Below the pieces are notes generated by a model, which did not search any database, was not told where the DNA came from, and worked only from the letters and a program-made list of their open reading frames with translations. DNA of 64,000 bases, from contig OX597826.1 in assembly GCA_951406725.2 (NCBI GenBank), forward strand, positions 10,602,001-10,666,000, in the 5' to 3' direction. Positions 1-14,520 of this stretch are shown piece by piece (within the stretch, counting starts at the first letter, position 1; every line of letters begins with the position of its first letter). The position numbers and the translations under genes are program-made. Source of the stretch: Octopus vulgaris. Lineage: Eukaryota.

Positions 1-814
1 TTATGCTAATTAGCAATATTTTTTTTTTTTTGTTATTTATTTTAAGAACTAGACTTGATCTCAGCTCTTTAGATCCCTTTAATATTCTTGGCCGTTTTTG
101 TCAATTTATTTCAGAACCAGGGTCGTCACTAAGCCCCTGCAACCCCTGCAGTCACAGGGGACCTATGCAATTAAGGGGCCCCATATTAAGATCAAAGTAC
201 ATAGATGAGTCATCTATTTACTTTGGTTAAGATGTTGAACAAGAATTAAGCTATCTATGTTAACTGAAATTTTCAAGAAATAAAATGGTAATACATTTAC
301 CTGCAGAAGTTCTTGTAAAGATATTATATTGTACCAAAAACATCCCTACCTGAATAGGCTTTGTGTACTCTAGCTCTTATTACTTACATATCTGGAAGTT
401 TTACTTATTGAAATTTGTAATAGACCTAAATATATTTAACTTGTGGTACTTTAAAAGATGTTCTTTAGGATAAAGTGAAATATTGGACTTCAGATAGAAT
501 AAAGTAAAATGTAGCTAGGAATAAAAGATTATGAATTTTGATTGAAGGAATGGGGGCTTAAAGCAAAAAGTTACAGGGGTCTTCTAAAAGTTACATGATG
601 CGCTTGTTCAGAACCCACCATAATTACATCAGTTTTCTTGCTGCATTCTTTCCATAATTTCGTTTCTTTTACTATTTTCTCTATACCGTTTATCAAACAG
701 GATGAGAATATGTTGCTTTGCCTAGGGTAAATATATTGTACTACAAGAACGTTGGAATATTTATGTTTGACAGTATAGGATCCCTGATCTCCTCAGGTAC
801 ATTCTCTTTGTATA

Positions 815-1130
815 AACTGGCACTCCATCTGTTACAACAGTGAGGGTCCCAGTTGATCTGACCAACAGAACAGCCTGGCTCATGAAATTAATGTGCAAGT
901 GGCAGAGCACTCCACAGACATGCTTACCCTTAACATAGTTCTCAGGGAGATTCAGCGTGACACAGGATGTGACAAGGCTGGTCGTTTGAAACTCAGGTAC
1001 AACTCATATTTGTCAGCTGAGTAGACTGGAGCAACGTGAAATAAAGTATCTTGTTTAATGCACCACCAGGTATTGAACTCATGACCTTACAGTTGTGAGC
1101 CAAATACCCTTAACCACTAAGTCACATGCC
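815..1130 (-). mobile_element. tRNA-derived SINE
   Basis: Reverse complement begins with a tRNA-like head (ttagtggttaagg A-box-like, gagttcaatacc B-box-like); shares the ctggagcaacgtgaaat segment with copies near 18480, 35385 and 47305. Confidence 0.7.
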
Positions 1131-1520
1131 TTCAACCCCCTGTGTATATCTGTGCTTATATATATCTACATGTGTGTGTATATGTGTATTTCTGTATCTG
1201 TATGTATATGCCATGTTACATTTCCTTCTGCTACATATTAGGGATAAACAACAATATCTGATGCTCTGTTGTGAAAGCATCGGCCACTTGTCTTTATTTT
1301 CCATTATTATCACTGACCTTCTCACAATAATTGATAGATGCATAGATAATGGATTTTTTTCTGACCTTGGGTTTTGCTGAAATTATTTTTCTCATTCTTA
1401 GAAAGAAAGAAAAAAAGATTTGTCAAAAAAAAAAATTGTATAAATTTTCTCAAAATTGTTTTTAACTAAATGATTTTTTTGTCATACTAACATAAACTTT
1501 ATTAATATTTAATACAATTA

Positions 1521-1737
1521 GGCAGCGAGCTGGCAGAATGGTTAGCATGCCAGGCAAAATGACTAGCAGCATTTCATGTCTTTGCATTCTGGGTTCAAAT
1601 GTTGCCAAGGGTCAACTTTGCCTTTTGAACTTTTGGGGTCAATTAAATAAGTACCAGTTCAGGACTGGGAGTCGATGTAACCAACTTTACCCCTCCCTTG
1701 AAATTACTGGCCTTGTGCCAAAATTTGAAACCAATAT
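1521..1737 (+). mobile_element. SINE family B copy (ggcggcgagctggcagaatcgttagc head)
   Basis: Clear similarity to 26042-26272 and many other copies; gttcaaat B-box-like motif. Confidence 0.75.
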
Positions 1738-2343
1738 TTAATACAATTGAATGGTGTAGGCATCAGGAATAGCAGAAGACCAAAGTAAATAACACGTTGC
1801 TCTATATAAATTTAGTGCTCTGAGTTAAAAAGCAAACCATTGACATCTTCTTTTTGTAACAGTAATATACTGAGGGTAAATTTATTTTAGGCACTTCTGT
1901 ATGCTCATTAAATACCAAAAATATTATATATATATGTGTGTGTATATAATCAAAAGAATGTTATATATTAATGTACATCTATATATTTGTAGTTACATAG
2001 TTTACACATTTGTGTATGTATGTATGTGTGTGTGAGTGCACAGTCTGAACATACGTGATTTCTTATATAAACATGAAACTTCAGATTTCTGGGCAGGGAA
2101 AAATAAAAACATTATGGTTCATGTCATTCAGGTCCTTTCAAAATTCATTAATGAAAAAAAAAAAAAAAAAAAGTGAAATTCCAGCAGAGAATCAAAATTA
2201 AATTGTGGAGATAGTGTCAAAGTGGGAATTACCATAGAGATACTAACCTTGCTTTTTCTATATGATGGCAGTGAATAAAACTTTAGAGAGATTTAACTAC
2301 TATTTCTAGCAGGTTGAACAGCCTGCAATTATTGGGTGTATTT

Positions 2344-2382
<39 letters not shown>

Positions 2383-2388
2383 TTGTAC

Positions 2389-2760
2389 AGGTGTAGGAGT
2401 GGCTGTGTGGTAAGTAGCTTACCAACCACATGGTTCCGGGTTCAGTCCCACTGCATGGCACCTTAGGCAAGTGTCTTCTACTATAGCCTCAGACCAACCA
2501 AAGCCTTGTGAGTGGATCTGGTAGACGGAAACTGAAAGAAACCTGTCATATATATGTATGTGTGTCTGTGTTTGTATCCCCCCAACATCGCTTGACAACC
2601 GATGGTGGTGTGTTTACATCTCTGTAACTTAGCGGTTCAGCAAAACAGACCGATAGAATAAGTACTAGGCTTACAAAGAATAACTTCTGGAGTCAATTTG
2701 CTCGACTAAAGGCAGTGCTCCAGCATGGCCACAGTCAAATGACTGAAACAAGTAAAAGAG
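2389..2760 (+). mobile_element. SINE family A copy (ggagtggctgtgtggtaagtagcttg...gactgaaacaagtaaaagag)
   Basis: About 370-430 bp element with central (TA/TG)n; further copies at 15760-16110(-), 31024-31390(+), 31614-32045(+), 35475-35855(+), 38227-38642(-), 50105-50500(-), 51577-51999(-), 53176-53520(+), 57297-57651(-), 60797-61205(+), 62382-62768(+), 63818-64000(+). Confidence 0.85.
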
Positions 2761-2769
2761 TATATATAC

Positions 2770-2803
<34 letters not shown>

Positions 2804-2879
2804 ATGTGTGTTTAAACATATGTTTGTGTGTGTGTATGTGACCTGAGGTGTGTGTTTCTATTTAACTATTCAGGGATTA

Positions 2880-3450
2880 GAAATATCTTTCTACACTAAA
2901 TTTCTGATAAATGTTCCCCTTTAATAATTAGATGCTTAGAAGTTTAATAACTAAAGTGGAAAAATTATCAGAAAAGTCATTTCTATTCATTTTCTACTGT
3001 ATTAACTCATCTATTCATTCTTAATATGTTTTAACAGATTCAAACATGAGTATCTGGTCTCTGTTGTTATATTTCATCACCAGAGAACTCCTTCATTTTG
3101 GCAATCTGTGTTCTCTGTTCTATACACACCCCATGAATTATTTTCTGCTGTATGCATTTATGCCTTTAAAATTGAAAAAGGTGTTTGTGTGTGTGTGTGT
3201 GTGCACACGTGCACTGGTGTGTGATCTGGAAAATATATTCATAAGTATAAATTTTAGGTATTGTTAGACTTATCTGTTTTAGTATGTTTGGAAAATTTAG
3301 TGTTTGTTCATTCATTTCCAGTGTATGTATGTATACATATATGTATATTTGAAAAAATGAATAGAAATGGGTTTTCTGATTATTTTTCCACTTTAGTAAT
3401 TAAACCTCTAAGCATCTAATTATTAAAGGGGAACCAGAAAAGGTATTTCT
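2880..3450. repeat. Foldback/MITE-like element with long imperfect inverted arms
   Basis: gttcccctttaataattagatgcttagaagttt...ttctattcattttc (about 2912-2994) is the reverse complement of 3351-3435. Confidence 0.65.
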
Positions 3451-3932
3451 GTTTATTTTTTTTAAATATATAGTATTGTACCAAAGATTTTTTATTTCTT
3501 GTTCTATTACATATATATATATATATTAATATTTGTTTTAATGTTCGCTTATAATAAAAAGAATTTTACATCAGTCTGGAAGGTTACTCTATACCTTTGT
3601 AAAGTACAAATTTATTATTTTCAAGCAAGAATATTATTGACTGTCACACATGCACACACAAAAGTAAAATTTCAGACAGCCATTATCAGACTCTGCGTGT
3701 GTGTATGTGTGTGTGAGAGAGAGAGAGAGAGAGTATGTAAAAATTGAGGATATAATCATTAAAATGGCCAGTGGCCAGCATTAAAATGATTATACCAGTG
3801 GCCAATATTCAGCCTTGTGCAAAAATTGGGAACAAATTTAGAGTGGTTTGTAGACATTTGACATCTATTTCTAGCGTATTGGCATTGTCTCTCCAGCAAC
3901 CTTAACTATAATTATATATTTATAATTATATA

Positions 3933-3972
<40 letters not shown>

Positions 3973-4839
3973 TCCCATGTAATGCAGTGAAGCTCACACT
4001 GTCTGATAAAGCTTGTCTTTAATTTCTAAAGCAGATGTGTCTTTATTGATAGACTGGTAACCCCAAACACAACCACTTTCCTGGAAAAGGATAGCTTACC
4101 TCACAGAAGGTCCTGGATTCTACTGCATTTCAATTTGATGAAATATGCAGCAGTATTATTGTGCTACTGTTGCCTATTGTAGTGAACAGCATATCCTTAT
4201 AGTACCCACTTATAGCCAAAAGGATTGCACTACAAAAAGTTAAACATATGTATGTATCTACCTATAATTGGCAGGGCATTGGAAATAATTTATAAGTAAA
4301 TAGTTGCCAAGTGAGTGAGAGACTGAACAGGTATTGAACAGCAGTTTACAAGAGTGCATACGTACACATATTAAGACAGATTTATACACATACACATATT
4401 TGAAATAAACAAGTTGCCACTTCATTAGTGAGTAAACCCTTATTCTGAGGGAAGAAGAAGAAAAAAAATTCTTATTTGAATTTTAAGATTAAAATTGTGG
4501 GATTTAAAAAGAACAAAAAAAAAAAGAAAGAAACATTTTTGTATCGATAACTCAGGAATGGATAACTCCTTTTCAAAAATAAGTTCTTGTGCTTCCCATA
4601 TTTTCTCCACCACCACCACCACAGGTTTGTTGAAGAAACACTTTAAAAGAAAATTACAACTTTGAATTTCTGGACAAGTGGTCATGAGGTGACAAGAGAT
4701 TCATTTATGTCATCAACGGCCTAAATCTTGAGACAATAGAATTGTAATATTTCAAATTCTAAATTATCAATATCTGATACATATTGAATATCCTCATCCT
4801 TGACTGAAGATTATAAACTACTACTTGTACAATGAATGT

Positions 4840-5160
<321 letters not shown>

Positions 5161-5646
5161 ATGTCTACATGATGGTTATATAAGTCGCTTAACACTATCA
5201 TGTATCTATTTTAACATTTGAAAATGAACACCCTATATCATACACTTCATTCCTGTTCCTTCCTCTCTTGATACCCATCCAACGTATTCTTTTCCTGGTT
5301 ACATTGATTGTCATTACATAATTTTCCCTTACCTTACCTGCTTATAAGAAAACTTACCTGCCGTAGTATAAGGCATTTCTTTCTGTTAGTCATCTTCTCT
5401 TGTTCACGTTTCTTTCAATGAAACTCTTCCTGTGGATTAGCCCACCTCTTATAATACAGTGGTTTACTTAATCTTCGTGGGATTAGCACTGATTGGTCAA
5501 GCCAAGTCATTTAGAATCATGGACTTCTTCTGGTTAAATTATTTCCAGTGAGGAAACGTGTGTTTGAAGAACAAGAACAGAATTCCATTTTATATCATTC
5601 CCATCTATTACTATTAATATTATTAAATTAGAATTATTACTATTAC

Positions 5647-5680
<34 letters not shown>

Positions 5681-6029
5681 GGTAGAATTGTTTGACCATT
5701 GATAAAAATGTTTCTTCTGGTTCTTTACCTTCTGAATTGAATTCCCACCGAGGTCAACTTTGCCTTTCATTAATGTAATTAACTTACCTACCCATCAAAT
5801 TTGTTGACCTTGTGCTTCTAGTAGTAAAGATTATAATTATTATGAGCTTTTTTCTTTCAATTTTGTTCCTATTTCTTCCCGAGTGTTTTCTTGACACCTT
5901 TGGCAAAGAAAATGTCTGTATACACTGACAAGCCATTAAAATAAACACACCAGATTGTTCATTTACAAAATCAAAGGCAGTTATATAGAAAAAGTAAAAA
6001 TGAAGAAAAAATATTATCTACGTAGGTGG

Positions 6030-6217
6030 CAATCATTCTCACAGCGACGATGCTCTTCTCAATATGTGTGATGTACCAGTTAAAACAATCTTTTACACTT
6101 CTTGCATGGATGGTAAACCAAGGATCATTCTCAGATAATTTTCAGTTTCCTTTTATGATCATTCCAATTGCTCCTACTATCACTGATATTTTAACTGTCT
6201 TGCGGTGCCACATTTTC
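6030..6217 (-). mobile_element. 3' fragment of a non-LTR retrotransposon with restriction-like endonuclease (R4/Dong-like)
   Basis: Manual translation: KMWHRKTVKISVIVGAIGMIIKG / NYLRMILGLPSMQEV*KIVLTGTSHILRRASSL*, matching the W...VIGALG...QK..L.GT.HILR C-terminus; has a stop and a frameshift. Confidence 0.65.
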
Positions 6218-8572
6218 TTTTTTTTTTAAATTTCAATGAGCAAATCAAATCTTTATATTTTCTGGCAGAATCATTAGAGCATTGGACAAGATTATTTGTG
6301 GCATTTCTTCTGACTTTTTACCTAGAGTTCAAATACTGTTCAGGTTGACTTTGCTTTTCATCTCTCCTGGCCAATAAAATAAATACCACTTCAGCACTGA
6401 GGTCAATATAATCAACTTCCTTCTCCCCTCAAAATTGTTGGCTTTTTACCTATAGTAGAAAGAATGATTATTATTATTATTATTCATAGAGACTTTGTAA
6501 ACTAAAATAATAAAACGATTAGCTTGGGTATTGTCAGCCATTTCAACATAGTTTAGGCTTTATACAGCTTTCAACACCCCCCTTTCCCTTATCTTCCATC
6601 ACATTGTTCTATGATATTCTTCTAAAACTTTCATCTATAAATTATCTCAAGTTCTAAAATATCAATAATTTGATCTCAGGGAAAAATATATGAGTAGTTC
6701 GCAACAGCTTGGGTGTCTCTTGTGACATCTACCCCATGGTCTAATCTTGCAATGTTGTAAATTCAGTCTTCACTTTATAATCTGTGCCAAAAATGTAAGT
6801 GTATGTGTGTATACACACACACATTCACACAGTCACACACACACACACACACACATACAACACACACTCATACACATTTAAATATTTATGGGTATAGATA
6901 AGTCCTAGTGTTATCTGTTCATAGGAACATGGTTAGACTACATAGATTAAAGAGCAAAAAGTGTTTGGTCCGAGTGTCAATATGTTTTTGTTATGTATGT
7001 ATACACACACACATACATACATATTTGTGTTCAGAAAGTATGTTTTTCTGATATACATACAGATATGCAAATATATAGCAATTGGTGGGTTGAGAGTTCA
7101 ATTTTACCTTATGCAAGGTACCTTTAGCCTTCACACCTTGGCTTTATTATTAATCACCACTAAATCATGGGGGAAGGAATGAAAATAAGAATTTCTAGAA
7201 ACTAGTGCCACCAGAAAAAAAGAAACTCTTTTAGTAATTAATTACTGAAGTGTTTTTATATGTTTTAATTGATCTAAATTTATTTTTGTTAGAGATTCTG
7301 TCTAGGTGTGTATTTGCATCAAAGACTTTTGGGTTTTATTTAATTGTTTATTTACCTTTATGTTGTTAATATGGTCGAGACAGCACAATAGTCAATAAGG
7401 TAAACCCAAGATGTGCTTATTGCTTGTTGAAAACTATAAAGTAAACTACCCTTCAAGTTGTGGCATTGAATCCTCCCTGGCATCTGCGACTTTGTGCTTA
7501 TGTTCGAGACCATTATCATATATATATATTTTTATTCCGGTTTTTTTTTGTTGTTTTCTTTATCATCTTCATCATCATCATTACTATTATAATAAAGAGC
7601 AGTAGATTGGCAGACTCATTAGAGTGTTAGAAAAAAATACCTTGCAGTCTTTGTTCTGGTCCTTAACATTCTGAGTTCAAATCCCACTGAATTCAACTTT
7701 GCCTTTTATCTTCTCAAGATTGATTAAACCAAGAACCTCTCAATTACTAGGGTGATGATATCAACTAATGCCCACCACCCTCCAAAAAAAAAAGAAAAAA
7801 AAAAGCAAGGACTGTTGGCCTTGTGCCTAAATCAAAAACCATTATTATTATTAAGAGTAGTGGATTAGTAGAATTGTTAGAGCCTGATAAAACGCCTTGC
7901 AGTATTTTTGCTCTTTTCATTCTTCGTTCAAATCCTGCTGGGGTCACTTTTGCTTTTTATCTTTCTGGGGTCAATTGAATAAAGTACCAGTTAATTTATT
8001 TAACTAACCTCTTCTTCCAAAATTTTGAGCCTTTAGTTTATGCTAGAAATAATTACAATCATTGTTGTTTACCATTGTCACTGTTGCTGAAGTTTCTGGC
8101 AAGCTTCTACTGTGCAGCCAGTTGCACCTTTGCATTCCTGCAGTGTGTGCAGTATCGTCTTTTGAGGTTTTACTCTTGTACTTGTATACTACATTGGTTT
8201 TGTTTTGCTGTGGGACCTGGTTTTTTGCTTTGTTTATTAGTGTTTCATCTGTTGTATAGGATAGTGGTTTCTCATCTGGAGTGTTTGCAGATTTCTAAAA
8301 ATATAATTTAACTATTTTGACACCATATTTCTCTTGAAATACACAATCACTGTTCAATATAATTTCAAAAATTAATAAAGAATTTATTTATATAACATTA
8401 TTAGGCTGGTGTTGTTTGGAACATAAATTAGCACGAAATTTTGATGGAAGGTTTTATGATCACTTTAGAATAATTAATTAGTTTCATACAACCAGCAAGT
8501 CAGTATCAGAAGAGTTTAAATCTTACAAAATTTATACTACTCTTCCTGAGCATCTTGATAACATGTTTGTTC

Positions 8573-8868
8573 CTTCTCGAGCCATGCCTGCCTCATAAGG
8601 GCCAGTTTCCTGGTTTCCTTGGCATATAGGTTCCCCACCTGGACGGGACGCTGGTCCATCGCAGGTGAGCTGCAAGAAGCAGGAGGAAAGAGTGAGAGAA
8701 GGTTGTGGTGAAAGAGTCGGCAGAAGTTTGCCATTACCTTCTGCCGGAGTCGCATGGAGCTTAGGTGTTTCGCTCATAGACATTCACATTGCCCGGTCTG
8801 AGATTCGAACCCGCGATCCCTCGACCGCAAGTCCGTTGCTCTAACCACTAGGCTATGTGCCTCCACAT
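8573..8868 (-). mobile_element. SINE family C copy (gtggaggc...tagtggttag head) with apparent target-site duplication
   Basis: tRNA head with B box ggttcgaatc on minus; catcttgataacat is repeated at about 8551 and 8866. Confidence 0.75.
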
Positions 8869-9518
8869 CTTGATAACATATTCATACTCAAATATAGTTA
8901 ACTAAACAAAGTAAATAATAGTTGTCTGGGTTTCTTTGCTAAATCTTTCACTATTAATTTTTAAAGAGTTTTTAAACTTTCCATGTGGGGTGTGCCAGTA
9001 TTTTCGTTTTTTAATTTGATCTCCAGTGAGACACACAATCAAGAACATTGGGAACCTTGAATATCAAGTTTTGTGTAATTCTGATTTGTGATATTTTCTT
9101 GTGTTTCATGCAAGTAGTGTGATCAGTGCCAAGTTTTCTGTGAGGTTTGTGTTGCATTTAATGTGTAGCACCTATGTAGAATGTGAGTGATTTCAGTTAT
9201 TGTATGAGCTATCAATTACATTGAGAGTATGTGAGTTTTTTTTTTTTGTTATTTTTTTTTTTTTTTTCATCTTTCTGAAGTCAGTAAAGTAAAGTACCAC
9301 TAGATTTGATTGACCACCATTAAGTGGTGATTCTATAGAACCATGTTGTACTCTGTTGTTTGGCTATAATTCTAAAGGCAATGTTTTGTATCAGCTGTAT
9401 TATATTATTGAAGGTAGGGTAAGAATATAAGGTATGAGGTGTGTGCAGAGCATGTACAGTTTGAATTGTGATATTGAATAGAAAGTGTTGTTATTATTAT
9501 TATTATTATTATTATTAA

Positions 9519-10190
9519 GGCAGCAAGCTGGCAGAATTATTACTGTGCTGGGTAAAATGATTAGTGGCATTTATGTTCTTAGTTCAAGTTTCTCCAAGGA
9601 TGACTTAGCCTTTTATCCTTTCGGGATCTATAAAATAAGTACCAGTGAAATACTGGAGTCGATTTAATCAACTAGTCCCCTCACCCTAAATTTCAGGCCT
9701 TGTGCCTATAGTAGAAAGGATTATTATTATTATTATTAAGGCAGCAAGCTTACAGAATCCTTACCATGCCAGGCAAAATACTTAATGGAAATTTGTCTGT
9801 CTTTATGTTCTGAGTTCTGTCAAGGTCAGCTTTGCTTTTCATCCTTCTGGGGTCGATAAGATAAGTACCAGTCGAGCACCGGGGTTGATGTAATCAATTT
9901 ACCCCTCCCCGAAATTACTGGCCTTGTGCCAGAATTTGAAACCCTAATTATTATTATCTTTATTATTCCGTAGAAAGCAGTAATCTGGCAGAATTATTAG
10001 AGCATTGGATAAAATGCTTTGTGGTATTTCTTCCGACTCTGAGTTCAAATTCTGCTGAGATTATTGTTGCCTTTCCTCCTTCCAGGGGATGATAGCATAA
10101 AGTACCCATCAAGTACTGGGATCAGTTTAATTGATTAGCCCCTACCTCACCTCATCCCGCCAAATTCTAGTCTTGTGCCTTTATAAGAAA
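9519..10190 (+). mobile_element. Three head-to-tail SINE family B copies separated by (ATT)n
   Basis: Units start near 9519, 9739 and 9977 (ggcagcaagctggcagaat...), each ending ...ccttgtgcc...; similar cluster at 7600-8050. Confidence 0.75.
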
Positions 10191-13164
10191 TTATCACTTT
10201 TATTATTATCATTGTATCTTTTGTTGTATTTTTGCTCTTCAGTATTGGAAGTTCTTTTTCTTTTATTTTCTTATCCTAAGAGAAAAACTCTGATCTAAAT
10301 CTTTCTCTTGGTCATGGTAATTTGTTGAAAGAACACTTTATCTTTTATTTCCATTGTACTTAGTAGATATCAGGAAATTTTCAGCTTCCTGATTTGGACG
10401 CTAGGCTTTTACATGTTAGCTTCTTGGTGCACTGGTTCCTTTCCACTTCTGAGTAGATTAAAGCTATCCAAATGCAATACTTTTAATTTGATTGTTGTCA
10501 TCATCACCAGAGTATATCAGGTTCCCAGTGTGCAGAAATGAATGTTGGTTTCCACATTAATTAAGTCACTTTTCAAATTACTTAGACTTAATGATCAACC
10601 TAATAACCAGACCACATACAATCAATCAATCGATCAATCAATCAATCAATCAATCATAAATCTGTATAAAGCTACATGAAGCTTACTTACTTTCAAAAGC
10701 CCTTTGCTCTCTATTGGACATTGGCCAGCGATGACCTTTCTCTCTTGTTCCCAGCACGGGGCTGTCTTTTCTGCTTCTCTCCTGTAGGATCCCTGCTTTA
10801 TTTTTTCTACCTCTCTTCTGCCTTCCTTGTAGATTGCATCTCCACTTGTGCTTTAGACATAAGTTTCCCTAAAGGAAGGCCTTCCTCTCCTAAGTCTTCT
10901 TGGTTTTGAATCATCATTGATGCTTCTCTAACTTGCTTTTTTTTTCTAGGTAGATGTGTTGGCTATATGCAAACCCATTTTTACCTCTTGAAAGAGGTGG
11001 TGCATATTAGTCTGGTCTCTCTCTATCCTGTGACCTGTCCAGTACGGTGCAGGGGATCCTACTAGGAACTTTGCACTCCACTGGCATAGCTCTCGGGATC
11101 ACTGAGGCATACAAAGTACCATATCACAACACAGACTGGACCTTGTGGTGGTACGTGAAGCTTATGCTTAAGAAACCAAAAGCAATCAATGATTATCAGA
11201 TTCATCTCCATGAAACTGAGCCTTTTTATTTTCTTACTTGGACCCTTTGCTTTATAAAAAGGGACTTCTATAACTGCTGACTTGTCATCTGTGAGCAATA
11301 TTTCAAACGTAATGAAAAGAGATTAAATAGAATAAACATTTGGGGCTATATTCCACTAACTAAACTCAGGTTTTCATTTTACACACAAATACGTACACCT
11401 GTGGTGTTTCTGTGTGGTGTATGTATAAAGATATCTAAAACTGAAAAAGAGAATGAATTTTTTAAAACAGTTTTTTGCTATATTTTCCTCTAGAATCTTG
11501 TTATATTTAACATGGCATGTCTTTTTAAAAAGTATTTTTTATGTTTTGGCTTTTTTCCCCTATCACTAAAGATAATAGTTTGTACATCATCTACAATTGT
11601 TTTTAATCGCACTGACAATTATCATCAAATGTAAGAATATAGCAGCACCATGTGTGCGTGTGTAGTGAGAGATAACACACTATAGTGTTTTAATTACATC
11701 TAGATTAGATAAAATATGCAATATCTTGAATTTTGCTATCAATATTCCTCATTGATGAAGGCGGTAAGCCAGCAGAATCATTAGCGCACTGGGTAAAATG
11801 CTTAGCAGCATTTTGTCTGTCTTCATATTCTGAGTTCAAATTCTGCCATGGTCAACTTTGCCTTTCATCTTTTCAGGATCGTTAAAATAAATACCAGTTG
11901 AGCACTGGGGTCATGTAATCAATTTATCCATCCCCACTCCCTAATTGCCTGGTGCCAAAATTTGAAATCAGTATTTCTCATTGATTATTTCATAGATTTC
12001 AACAATTTGTTTCAGTATAGTTCCATTATGTACCACAACCAAATGAAAGGCACAAGCAAGCCCTGGTGTCTTCATACATTGAGTCCTGTGTTTGGTATCG
12101 CATTGCTTACTAAGTCCATCTTGCAATTTCATATCAAATGGATACCAGCTTGAAACTTATCTAGATTGGTCTTAGAATTACTTTAACAATAACACTGGTG
12201 TTTTAACTACAGTGGGGGAAAAAATCCATAACTTAGAACTTGACTGGCACAAAGTCTCGTAGAGGTTACAAGGTTCAGCTACAGATTATGGAAAGGTACA
12301 TTGAATATGGCAGGATTTAAACAAGCAATAATGAAATCTGAAATTCTTTAAAATTGGGTTTTAACAATTATCTTTTAACAATTATGCTTAGAAATATAAA
12401 TAAAATATCTGTAAATATAAAAGTTGGATTATTTTAGTAACTCATTTCTTTATATTCTTCTATCTTCCAAAATTCTATTCAAGTGGTTTAAGATTTCAAG
12501 AAAAAGACAATTTGGTTACTAAACTGTCTTATATAATGTTAAAACTGTGGATGCTGTTGTTAATATTCATAAAACGTTTATTTTATCATTATGCACTTCT
12601 CATATTCATAAACTTTTGGACACTATACTTGATCACCATTACAACAAACAGTACTTCCTTCATAACGTGTTACAAACTGTGCTACTCACCTGAAGAATGT
12701 TGAGTATTATGGCAAACATTGAACATATTCATTCTTCACTCATCCCTGAGTTCTTTACTTCAATATTAATGGCAGGTTGAATATTTCTTTCTCTCTCTCT
12801 CATGCTCTCTTTTTCTGTCACCTATACCTGTAACACAATATACATTTTGGGCATCTTTACTGAATGTCAGATACTGGTCAGCCTTGTTAGAAGGAATTTG
12901 TTGTCAACGTTACTGTGTGATCTGATCAAACCAGCTAACCCCATAGATGTAGACAATCGAGTGTTTGGTGAGGTAGTCCCTGAGTCTTCTTTGCTGGCTT
13001 TCAGAGAGTTTTTTAAATGTCTATTAAACTGTGTAACACTCCAAACTTTATGTAGTTTGTGAGTTTGATTAACAGTTACAAACTATGAAGTAATTTGTTC
13101 AGATGTTACTGAGTAAAAGCTAAATGAAATACTTTTATTATTCATTTGTTTTCTTTCATGTTAA

Positions 13165-13502
13165 TATATGTGTGTGTATATATATATATATATACACAAA
13201 CACGCACACACATGAATATAAATATATTTGTATATAAATATATATATACATGTGTGTGTGTATTTGTACATATATGTATATATATATATATATTGATACA
13301 TACATATATGCATGTATGTGTTCAGCTCTCATTATTTTCAATTCCATATACCCTACTATTTCATATATATATATATGCACACATATATATACATGCATAT
13401 ATTTATATATACATATATACATGCATATATTTATATATACATATATATATATACATGCATATATATACATGTATATATATATATATACATGTACATATAT
13501 AT

Positions 13503-13550
<48 letters not shown>

Positions 13551-13560
13551 GTATATATAA
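13165..13560. repeat. (TA/CA)n compound microsatellite region
   Basis: Direct reading; similar tract at 14320-14745. Confidence 0.9.
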
Positions 13561-14489
13561 TTTCTTTTTATCTTCTGAGTATTCTTATAATTACAACTTT
13601 TGTTTACTGATATTCTTGCAAGACAGCTGTGTGATGGGCTCATCTATTTCTTACTTTATGGCTTTAAAATATCTGAAGTTCTCTTGTTTTATTATTATTA
13701 TTATTATTATTATTATGTTGTTGTTTTTTTTAATTCAAAGTAAACAAATAGAAACAAGCGAAGAATTAAAAACGAGAGCCAACTCAAATAATATAAATGG
13801 TGAGGAAACTCCTTGAACAGCTTCAAAAATCAAAGAATCCATTCTCAACCCCAAATTTTTCAAATTTTATGCAAACCAAAAGAAATTTTTAAAAATATAT
13901 AAATGAAAATTAAAAGAAAACTGACTAATTGTAGACGTCAGTTGAAGTAATTGATGTGGAAAAGAACAATAAACAAAAACAAAAACAGATCTGAATATAA
14001 GCATGTCTTTTTTTTATTATTTTTTTTTTGTATATGTGTCTGTTGCTGTTTTAATTATTTTCATTAATAAGTGCACCAACCCATCAGTTTTATTTATTTT
14101 CTGTGTTATTTATTTCATTGGACATCTTTTGAAAAAAAAAATAAATTATAAAAGATTAAGATCTAAGGCAGGGATTTTTTTAAAATCAGAAATAACTTAT
14201 GTATATAACCTATATTTCATGTGCACATCTTTGTATATGTATATTATTTATGTTTACAAAGATGTAAATATCATTTGATAACCATTAATCATTTATAGAT
14301 GGTTTATAACCATCTGTACCCATATATATATGTATATATATAATGTGTGTGTATGTTTGTATATGTACGTTTATAATGTGTGTGTGTATATAATGTATTA
14401 GTTAATATATATTTTATATATATTCCCACACACAATAAATATATATATATAACTATACACACACATATAGTATATATATTATGTGCATG

Positions 14490-14520
<31 letters not shown>

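Noticed and set aside
10330-11140. Possible decayed minus-strand LINE 5' end/endonuclease
   Set aside because: Resemblance is suggestive but too degenerate to support with motifs.
12684-12692. Strong minus-strand splice donor (CAG|GTGAGT), and another near 5353-5360
   Set aside because: No matching acceptor or recognisable coding frame.
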